This document shows, one piece after another, positions 53,901 to 64,000 of a stretch of DNA of 64,000 bases. A program made the position numbers and the translations under genes. The first letter of the stretch is position 1, and each line of letters opens with the position of its first letter. The notes under the pieces were generated by a model. That model saw only the letters and a program-made list of their open reading frames with translations. It ran no database searches and was not told the origin of the DNA. Source of the stretch: the human T2T-CHM13v2.0 reference genome, Homo sapiens. The stretch is from the NCBI RefSeq assembly GCF_009914755.1, contig NC_060937.1. One strand, given 5' to 3'.

Positions 53901-55226
53901 TCTCAAAATCTATATACTTCAAGAGCACCATATTGCTTACAATCTAAAAGGATAAAAAGACATGTGAGTAATGAATTTTACTATAGTGAGTAGATTGATA
54001 AACACATCAGTAGAAACAAAGTATTTTGGATCGCTAGAGAAGTGACCTGTTTTTAATGCAAAGATTTTTTTAGTAGAAAGAAAGTGGTGATTATAAAATT
54101 ATCAGATCACTTTTGATAAGTACAGATTTATAGAAAAGCATATGCAAAGACACAATGATATATGGGTACAGTGCACATTAGGGGAACAGAATTTCTGTTA
54201 GAGGCTGCCTGGGGGAGCTAAAAGATAGCAATATGACTGGTGAATTTGGTTGGTTAATTATTGTGGATGACAGTCCTAGTATAAGATTCCCATCCAGAAT
54301 CCCAGCACTCCAGGTTGTTGAATTGACAGGAAGAATGTCTATATAGGTTTCTAAGTTCACTCAGTTTTCAAGCTTATGCTATAATCATTATTAAAATGAC
54401 TAGTGCTAATAATGTCTCGTGCTAAAAAAGTGGCGAGAGACGAGAGCAGGCTGCATAAAGCAGCAAGCCGTTGATATGTGTTTATCACACTCTGAAGCCA
54501 AATATTTCCTCTAGTCACTGACACTCTCAGCTTTTAGAACAACATAAGGCAAAAGCTGAACTAGAAGGTGACCACTATCAGGAATGGTATGTTAACAAGT
54601 AAGTGGTCATTGACTGCAAGATTTTAGGATGATATACTATGTGTAGATAACTAAAATGGTTCTTTATTCTGTAAAGCTGTACCCAGATGATCATAATACT
54701 TCTATTTCAAATTGTCAGTGACCAGGGCTACACGCAATTGCCCGTGTCAACTGTTGAAACACACAAATCTACTTTCTTAATAACTAAAGTAAAAGCTTTT
54801 TTTTTGCTGATGAGTAAATTGCTGAGTTGACATATCCTACCAAAGTACACCCTGTGCTGAACGAATGTAGCTGCATTAATATCATTAATGTACACTACAT
54901 GATCTGCTGTATTATCCCTCTATGACAAGCTTCTATAAGAACCCAGTCAGTGAGGTATTTCAAACGAAAGATCTGGTGTAAACAACCCAAACATTTGTTG
55001 ATGGGGAAATACCACAACTGCCTCAATTATAGCAACTCATGAAACAGCAGCAGGAAGACCACCAACCTTAACCTCTAAACAAGTAGAACAGACAGAGAAC
55101 CAGAGCAGAAAACAGAGGATCAGTACCTTTCAAAAATTAGATCAGCATTTTAAAAACTTAAGTCCCCAGTAGAAGAAAGTGGAAAGATAAGGGGAAGAGC
55201 TGCCTATGGACACCTGAGAAATGTGT

Positions 55227-55618
55227 TGGAATTAGTTTGCTAAGGCTGCCATAACAAAGTACCACACATTGGGTGGCTTTAAAAAAACGTATTTATTTTT
55301 TCTCATAATTCTGGAAGCTAGAAGTCTGGAATCAAGGTGTCAGCAAGACTGATTTCTTCTGGGGCCTTTGTCTTTGGTTTGTAAACGGTCGTGTTTTCCC
55401 TGTGCCTTCACATGGTTGTACATCTATAGTCAATTTTGTCCAAATTTTCTCCCTTTATGAGGATATCAGTTATACTGGATTAGGCCCCACCATAATGACA
55501 TAATTTAAGTTTAACTACCTCCTTAAAAACCATATCTAGAAATATGGACATATTCTGATATATTGGGGTTTGAATTTTAATACATGAATTTAGGGAGGAT
55601 GAAATTCAACCCATAACA
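55227..55618 (-). mobile_element. MLT1A/B-like MaLR solo LTR
   Basis: attagtttgctaaggctgccataacaaagtaccaca...ctggaagctagaagtc...aattcaacccataaca. Confidence 0.9.
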
Positions 55619-55779
55619 ATAGGTAAGGCATACTAGATGATATCACTATCCTCTGAAGAGGATAGTGACAGTTCAGTATTCATGGGAAATTAGATATGTG
55701 TATAGACGAGAAATACATAAAGAAAAAAAGAAAATTTTAAAATATATGTGTGTGTATATATATATATTACTCAAACATA

Positions 55780-56560
55780 TAGGACTTTAATGCTCTTAAC
55801 TACAGCATTGATCATTTTTAAAGGCAAAACACTGTTATGGAAGTTGTTAAGCAGAAAGTTAAAACTCTAAAATTTGAGATATCTAAATAGAATTGAAGGA
55901 TTTATTCAGAGAAGGCTGGAAACAGAAAATCTAGCCAAAATTCTGTTAATAGTTCATAAGAAGAATGATTAAGGAAAATCAGGACAGAAATAAAAAATTG
56001 TAACAAAAATAAAACTTTCAAGAAACACTAAAGCTAAGAGCAGCAAAATTTGGAGTCCAACTGAATATTATGTATAAATGAAAAGGGAAACTAAAACTAT
56101 TTTTATATTTTTAACCTGGAAGATTGAAAGTATTTTGATGCTGACAGTGACAACAGTAAGAAAAATAAGAAGTAGAAGAAAATACAATTCAAGACATTTC
56201 AATTTGCAGATGGAAATATGCAAATAGGTCAAAATTCATTAAACTCAAAATCAGGAGGTCAGAAGTAAAACTAGACTTGAAGTCATGCATATACAGAAAA
56301 TAATGATGGTGGTGGGAATGAAGAAAGATCTTATGTGGATCATTTTGTAAACATGCTGAAAATATAATTTTATGAAATTTCTGTTTTACAGATCAGATAT
56401 ATACATACATATATATAAAACTTAGGAAAATATGATTAAATAAAAAAAAATGAGTACTCAGAACCAAAACAGTAAGGATTTTAAGAAGCAGGACATTTGT
56501 TTTTCTCAAAAGATCAAATAATATGAAGATATAAAAATTTGAATTTTCTAAGTTTGAAAT
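55780..56560 (-). mobile_element. Degenerate L2 segment
   Basis: Purine-rich L2-type phrases: ggaagttgttaagcagaaag, ttttaacctggaagattg, agatggaaatatgcaaatagg, acttgaagtcatgcatatacag. Confidence 0.55.
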
Positions 56561-56742
56561 TACAGTAGATTTTGGGACCCATTAACTTATTTCAAAGCAT
56601 TTTCCCTAAAATATTAGACTCATAAGATGTTACACATAGATTATAAAGGAATAAATCCATATACAAATTGGTTTGAGAAAAGTTATAATCTATACCTTGC
56701 TTGGTGATTCACAATATGAATCATATTGGGATACACCATAAC

Positions 56743-57223
56743 TGTTAAAAAATTATTCAATGACATTTGTTAAAGCTTAGTAACTAAGAGTTTATCCAGG
56801 ACTATTGCAATAGGCACTGGGACCACTGCAATGGGATCTCGCAGTGGGGAAGGGACATTGAGCTCAACTCTGAATACAGCATGGAGAAGTAGGAATTTAT
56901 AGTCAAGGAGCAGGTGGGGATTGGTGGATGAAAAATTGCTAAAAAGAAACATCGGGGTAAGGAGGATTCTGGCTGAATTGACTCAACAACATTCGTGCTG
57001 AAGCCAGGCCACAGTGATGACATCAAGTGAGGGATAGTGGTAAATGAAGAACCTAATCCAATATTGAAGATGATCAGATCTTGAGGATGGGTGGTTCTTG
57101 CTAAGCTAAATTGTCAGGGTTCTTTGCTAAAAGTGGATTTTACAAGGAAGTGCACAGATGGGCTGGCCTACCAGAGGATTCAAAAACCTGATTCAAGTTT
57201 GCTCAAGCAAAGAATCTTTTTCA
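56743..57223 (-). mobile_element. MER31A-like solo LTR (ERV1)
   Basis: tgttaaaaaattattcaatgacatttgttaaagc...gggaccactgcaatgg...ggattttacaaggaagtgcacagatgggc...aagtttgctcaagcaaagaatctttttca. Confidence 0.88.
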
Positions 57224-57309
57224 AAAATTTTCCCACAACAAAGAATGACCTAGTATGAAAAACCCTATCCAAATGATATGAATAACATTACTTTTCCAAC
57301 TTTACTTCC

Positions 57310-57773
57310 ACTAATTCCTCAACTTACCTCTCATTCAATCCACTCGGTCCCCAGAGTTCCTCTCCTTCCCCAAACACACCAGGAATACTCTTGCATCTAC
57401 ACCTTTGTACCAGTTTTGGCCTCTGCCTGGAACTCCTATTACTCAAAAATCTAAGTACCCTATACTTTCATCTTCACATCTCTGTTCAAACACTGTCTTC
57501 TCAGTAAGGCTGACCCTGCATCTTCCTTAGAATATAAACTATCCCTCAGCCCCAGTGCTGCCAATCTGTATGAACTACTTGTTTATTTTTTTATAGCCTT
57601 TAACACCTTCTAGCATACTATATACTTAATGTACAGTTATGGTGCTTATTGTTAACTTTTTGTCCTGTCTTACCAAAATGTGTGTTCCCCGAAGAAAGAC
57701 ATCTGTGTTTGCTTTGCCTACTGATTTATACCAAATCTCTGACAAAACTAGATACTCAATACATATTTGTTAA
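57310..57773 (+). mobile_element. L2a 3' region
   Basis: ccccaaacacaccagg...ctctgcctggaact...ttctcagtaaggctgaccctg...gatactcaatacatatttgttaa. Confidence 0.75.
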
Positions 57774-58841
57774 CTTTAGTAATTCAGTTCTCACTTCATT
57801 TATTTTATTTTCAAGACAATTTAGTGTACATTTTTTTACTAGTTTATATGGAAAAGGTGGCAATTTTTATCTCCCATCTGGGTTGGCATGATCTGTGCTA
57901 AACATATTCTTGTTTCTTTGTTTGCTGTTACTTCTCCCTGCGGAAAGATGAATTTCCTAAAAAGACATTACAGGCTTACTTTTTCTATTTTTTTTTTTGT
58001 GGGAGGAAAACTGCAAAAGATTAAAGGGATCATTAATTTCTTAAGGAACAAAAAAACACATTAGAACCCAGAGCCATTCTTACCCATTATTTAGTATTTT
58101 TATACGTTTTAAATAACCTGGTGTCCTAAAATAATTGTGCAAAATTTCTCCATTTACATATTTATATCTCAGTAAAACAGCACAATGTAGGTCATTACTA
58201 CTATAGCAGGAGACAACGCACTAGGATATTGGAGACTGATTAGTTGCTATGCTGTGCTTGTTAACATGCAGACCCTTGAGTGAAGAATACATTTGCATAT
58301 TTCTTTTCTTGTCCAGGATGACACACATTTCTCTTTGCCTGCCTAATGCTATTATCATGTTTGAACATTCTTGTCCTGGGAATTAATTTTACACAGGTCT
58401 TTCTGTTTGCTCCACTTTTTCACTCTATTTTTGATTCTTTTAAAATTTATGTTTATATAATTCTGTCATTACCTATTTAATTGTTCAAAGTAGCATTTTC
58501 TCTGATTTTTTTTTTTTAATGTTTTTAGTTTGGGTTTAACTCCTCAGAGAGAATATGGGTAGGATTTGACCATGAGATGCTGTGCTTTTTTAAATATTTA
58601 AGACTTACATATTCTCTCTGCTCTATTTCATATAGCATGTTTATTACCCTTAACATTTAAAACTTGTCTATTTTTTTCCAAACACTCTCAACTCTCATTT
58701 CTACTCTAAGCAAATACAACTATGCAGCTGTCATCAAACATAATACATATTAATCCAACAAGAGATTTGCTACATGAACAAAAAGGAAATGCCTCTGAAC
58801 AGGATATATACATATAAATGCAAGTTTAAGATATATAATTG

Positions 58842-59157
<316 letters not shown>

Positions 59158-59599
59158 TTACACTTTAATGAGAAAGTTTTCAAGGGAAGAAGAGGAAGGA
59201 AACAGAAAAGGAAAGTGAAAAAAAACCTCAAAAATAAGAAATGTGTCTAAAGGAAAGAAAATAATAAATAATAAATACAGGGTTAGAAGTTGATTTAATG
59301 GAATTCTGGCTCAGATTGTGGAGTAAGATCACTCTGATATATTCTCTCTGTTCCCAACACATAATAGTGATAAGAAAATATAAGGGTAAAAATAGCAGTA
59401 ACAAGAAGTCATGAATTCTCTGAAAAACAAGATAATTTGATCTTGTTTGATCTTTGATCAGAAAATTAAACATAAACTTGAAATAATACATAAAATCAAG
59501 GATACCAGTATGATTTTCTTTGGTTTTTGAGGTTGACAACGATGATTGGATTTTGATTCTTATAAGTCAGAGGGCACTAAAAATGTTCCACTTCAAAAG

Positions 59600-59985
59600 T
59601 CTATTCCCAAGGACAAAAGAGGAACAAAAAGACTTTCTGTCCACAGATATTTAGACTAGATTGAGAGATCTCAACAAGAGTCAATAATTCTGGAAGTAAA
59701 CATAAGAAACAATGGTGAAGTTGCAGAAATCATTGCTTTAATTTCCCAGAGGATGCCTTAGATCCAAAAAGCACAGATCAAATACCAAAAACTAAAAATA
59801 AATATACATATAGATCAAATATATAATAACTATGAAAGATCAAAAATAAAAAGAAAATCTTAAAGACTACCAGAAGAAAAAAGCAGATTATTTACTAATT
59901 ATAATATTTAGCAGAGTATAGTCTTAATAATAGCAGCACATGTCAGGAACGATAGAATTGTATCCATTTGTTGGGGGAAAACCTC
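59600..59985 (+). mobile_element. Old L1M ORF1 fragment
   Basis: aatttcccaga...aaataaaaagaaaatcttaaagactaccagaagaaaaaagcagattattta. Confidence 0.55.
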
Positions 59986-60659
59986 TGCTCTGACTCTTTC
60001 CTCCCCATGAATTTCTTACTTTCTTAGCATTGAACACATAAGATTTTTTGTTTACTTAGTAAATATGTACTATGTATAAAATTCAGTTTCAACTATTTGA
60101 AAACAACAATGGCATTGAATTTATAATTTTGTGAGGCATAAATATGACCATTGAAGGGAGAGTGATATTTACATGTGAAACTTTAAGATAGTGAGTGACA
60201 TCTACCTGTCAATATTATAGCCTAGCTGTTCTTGCCTTGCCCTTGCTTATGCTTTAGTGGTAGATGACAACTTGCTTTGAAGAGTTATCTCCCAAATTAG
60301 TAGGCATATAAAGAAATGCCAAGGTTGTGCTATACTTTCTACATGTCATGGAACATACAAATGTGTACATATATATATAGCATATTCTTGTTCTGTTGTT
60401 TTGTTAATTTGCTGGACTCTCCCAAGAGGTAGTATATTCCTTGCATTTATAAACCCGATTTATTAGTGACTATGGTGGAGGAAATCCATAAATCAGTTAG
60501 TCTTAAAGTATAGCCTTTAAATTACCTGCACCTGAAACATCTGCATGTTGAAAGTTTGAGTCTCACTACCAGGCAAAAATCCATGAACAGCAGAGAAGCT
60601 TGTTTATGTCCAAGTGACTACAGAACTGGTAGTAGAATAAAATAGTTATTAATACCAGC

Positions 60660-60886
60660 AAGTCTCATGAGATCTGATGGTTCTACAAGGGCGAGTTTCC
60701 CTGCACAAGCTCTCCTTTTGCTTGCTGCCATCCATGTAAGCTGTGACTTGCTCCTCCTAGCCTTTTGCCATGATTGTGAGGCTTCCCCAGCCACGTGGAA
60801 CTGTAAGTCCATTAAAGTCTTTTCCATATATAAATTAGCCAGTCTTGGGTATGTCTTTATCAGCAGCATGAAAATGGACTAATACA
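60660..60886 (+). mobile_element. THE1C-like MaLR LTR, 3' half
   Basis: aagtctcatgagatctgatgg...tttccctgcacaagctct...ccatgattgtgaggcttccccagccacgtggaactgtaagtcc...gaaaatggactaataca. Confidence 0.92.
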
Positions 60887-61089
60887 GCCCCTAAAAGTTC
60901 TGCATATTTATTCTTTATTTTGATATGAGGATTTTGTGTGTAACTGGCACTTTTTTCTCTCTCAGTCTCCTGCCATCTAACATAATATGGCATAATAGTT
61001 AATTGTATATTTCAGTAAATAAGTTACTGAGAATATTAAAGGGGAAATATAACTCAGCAAGAATAATTAACATCTATAAAGACAGATAA

Positions 61090-61860
61090 AAATAATATAT
61101 CCTCCTTTGAGGCAAGAGTTGGTATATTTTCAGTTGTGCAAGAATGACTGCATTATGTTAGGCAGGAGCATAATTTTGTTGTTACCTTAATTTGAATTTA
61201 AGCATGGTCAAGTGGTGTATATTGATGTCAAATTGACAAAGGGTAAACCCCAGTGGATTTGTACTATGTCAGTTTAGATAGGGGAGGACTAAAGTTATTG
61301 GAACAGTAAACAGCTGCAAGTTAGTTTCAGCCATAGAAAATATTTTGTACAAAATCCTCAAAACAGAACTTAAGCATCCAAGAAGCAGCAGCCATATCCT
61401 TTTTATGCTTAAAAACGAAAGCTCAGCGGGCACAGAGCACCGCTGCTAGTACTGCACAGCCATGTTGTTCTACTACATGTTGGTCTACTGCCTCACCAGG
61501 CCCTCAGCAACTCCAGCTCAGGGTTTCTGAATCCTGGGCCAGCATGTTCCACTCCTGGGGCAGCTGTTGGGTGCATATTCCTTCAGCTTCTTCTGCTCCT
61601 GGGTCAGGTATGTAATAATGGGAACCAGTAAAGCAGTTTCCAGCTTGTTCTCGCAGATTTCAGTTTGTTTATGCTCCTCTTCACTTTCTTCTTCGCATTC
61701 AAATTATCTTCCCTTCCCACTCCTCGCTGCCTGCCCTGCTACTACACAGCCAAGCATAGAAGAGCTTTCATAATTGAATAAAGCTAAATCCTTACAACAA
61801 GTCCTTTAGTTTATATTATTCTTAATATACTTACTTATTTGATGAAGCCTGACTAATGTA
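61090..61860 (+). mobile_element. ERVL internal 3' end (to about 61249) plus LTR41-like LTR
   Basis: The internal tail resembles 880-1003 (ggttgtatg...ttaggtg...ttgacaaggg) with PPT-like ttgacaaagggtaaac. The LTR begins ...tactatgtcagtttag and contains gaagcagcagccatat; it ends cctgactaatgta. Confidence 0.65.
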
Positions 61861-61905
61861 GTTCTAGAAATTAAAATGATTTAGTGATCGTGCTATACAA
61901 TTAAG

Positions 61906-61939
61906 GTGTGTGTGTGTGTGTGTGCACGTGTGTGTGTGT
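61906..61939. repeat. (TG)n microsatellite
   Basis: Direct reading. Confidence 0.9.
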
Positions 61940-62689
61940 TGGCCAGTCTTATTCTTTTGTTGTTTTGCAGAACACTCTCAGTGGTTTCTGTTTTCCGTGT
62001 TAGTGGAATGACTCAAATGCTGACATATTGGGAACTGTTTGAAAGATATTGATAATTCATAACCCCTCAAAGTGTGATATGCAGATCATCTGCACCTAAT
62101 TCATGTCTGATCACTGGTTTTTGATCTCAATCTGTTCCTAGAGATTCGGATTTATTAAATCATTAAAATGTTGTTTGCCAAAGGCTAAGGGAGTGTATAG
62201 CAGTGTATATTAAGTACCATATTTCATGTAAGAAAGTGGAGTAAAAACTTTTAGTTGCTGGATTTAAATAAGATATTGGTAAAATACACACAAAACTAAA
62301 AACAGTGATTACTTGATTAGCAGGACATGTCAGGGTGAGGAAATTGGGGTAGCTGGACCTTTCACTATACACTTGAAATTATTATTTTGATTTTTGCACC
62401 ATGTGAATAGAACTTCTATGTCAAAATGAAACAGAAAGATAATGAAGTGAGATGAAATAAAAACCAGCCAGATTGTTTTGCTACACTCTGAGATTTGAGA
62501 GCCTCTGACTTAAATTGCATGATATTTAAGTATTATCTTTTATTTGTATGAGACTCTATGTTTTACAAAATACTTTAACTTCATTATTCTAATTTGATTA
62601 CTATGACAGACCTATTAGTGTTTATTTCTATGCAACAAAGGGGAAAACTGGTATTTGAGGATATCTTCCTTCGGTCTGATGCATTCTGC

Positions 62690-63018
62690 ACCCAGATTTC
62701 TTCTCCCACTTTTCAGTGAGTTTTCCCAAAAGCAATTTCCTCACAAAATCATTCCTGACACTATATCTAAAATAAAATAGACTTTTAGTCTTTACTTTCC
62801 TTTTTAGCTTTTAAAGATTTTATACCTGATATTCTATCTCACATTCTATTTTATTTTGTTCTATTTTTGTGTTCATTATCATTAATCCCCCCCATCTATG
62901 AAAAGCAGCCACATCAAGGTCCAGCCTTTATATGTTTGGTTAACTGCCCGATCCCCAAGTGCTTAAAAGAGTGCCTGTGTAAAGTAGAAACCATAAACAT
63001 TGTTATGAATGAATGAAT
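62690..63018 (+). mobile_element. L2 3' end
   Basis: tccccaagtgcttaaaagagtgcctg...cataaacattgttatgaatgaatgaat (L2 TGAA tail). Confidence 0.75.
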
Positions 63019-63396
63019 ATCTACTTGGTTTAAAGATCACTCAAAAGTGAAATAATACTAGCTATAAATTTAGACCCCCAACCAAAAGACCTGTAAAAGC
63101 ATGTACTGCAAAGAAAAGTGAACAGAAGCAAATTGTGTGAGATGTAATAAAAAATAATGAGCAGATACTTTAATAAGTATGATAAAAATTTAATAGACAA
63201 TTTTAAAATTTTCATAGGACACTTTATGTGAGGTAAAAATTAGATCATGTAAAATAATTCAGGAGAAAAAGAAAAAAATAGCAAACTTTATTTTTGTTGG
63301 AGAAATTGACAATTATATATGTATATTACGTGCAGATAATCAGAAAAACGCAGGGGGGAATATGATCTATATTTTTCCCTTCAGGAGTGGAAACAT

Positions 63397-63948
63397 TGCC
63401 AGAGTCATTGGAACCAGAATAATTCCATCTTGAATAGGAGCTGGGTAAAATGAAGCTGAGACGTACTGGGCTGCATGCCCAGACAGTTAAGGCATTCTAA
63501 GTCACAGGAAGAGATGGGAGGTCAGCACAAAATGCAGGTCATAAAGACCTTGCTGATAAAACAGATTGCAATAAAGAAGCCAGCCAAATCCCACCAAAAT
63601 CAAGATGGCGATGAGAGTGACCTCTGGTTGTTCTCACGGCTACACTTCCACCAGCACCATGACAATTTACTAATGCCATGGCAGAGTCGGGAAGTTACCC
63701 CATATGGTCTACAAAGGGGAGGCATGAATAATCCACTACTTGTTTAGCATATCACCAAGAAATAACCATAAAAATGGGCAACCAGCAGCCCTCGGGGCTG
63801 CTCTGTCTGTGGAGTAGCCATTCTTTATTCCTTTACTTACTTTCTTAATAAACTTGCTTTCACTTTACATACTCGCCCTGAATTCTTTTTTGCATGAGTT
63901 CCAAGAACGCTCTCTAGGGGCCTGGATCGGGACCCCTTTGCTGTAACA
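63397..63948 (+). mobile_element. MER41A solo LTR (ERV1)
   Basis: tgccagagtcattggaaccag ... gggacccctttgctgtaaca. Collinear with the MER41B at 33322 but lacking two internal blocks. Flanks acat / aaat give a 3/4 TSD. Confidence 0.93.
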
Positions 63949-64000
63949 AAATGGAAAGACAGAAACTCTATCACTTTAAGAGAATGTAACAAAAAAGGGA

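Noticed and set aside
54178-54360. Hydrophobic minus-strand ORF that superficially suggested a mitochondrial insertion
   Set aside because: I could not match it to any mitochondrial gene motif, and there is no adjacent mt-tRNA.

Overview
AT-rich, repeat-dense primate genomic DNA, probably human or another ape (AluY/S/J, MER41, THE1, L1PA); it reads as intergenic or deep intronic. I find no intact protein-coding gene, RNA gene or CRISPR array. The ORFs I examined are decayed retroelement frames (HERV-L/ERVL pol-dUTPase, L1 ORF1/ORF2), Alu read-throughs, stop-free microsatellite frames, or short frames with no recognisable homology. The main content is five ERVL-class internal fragments with MLT2/LTR16-33/LTR41 LTRs, three large L1s (a near-full-length L1PA16-like, an L1MA2/3-like, and an internally inverted L1PA13-15-like), six Alus, MaLR solo LTRs, two MER41 solo LTRs, MER31, MER47B and L2/MIR remnants. 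Repeat subfamily names come from my recollection of consensus sequences, not from a RepeatMasker run, and boundaries of old elements are approximate. I cannot support a new biological system here. The most notable observations are: a MER41B with both GAS/STAT1 motifs intact alongside a GAS-less MER41A; an AluJ interrupted by a diverged copy of unique DNA from 2 kb downstream; an Alu 5' end remodelled by fold-back template switching; a three-part inverted L1; and two plus-strand exon-like segments, one a 21-nt microexon candidate.
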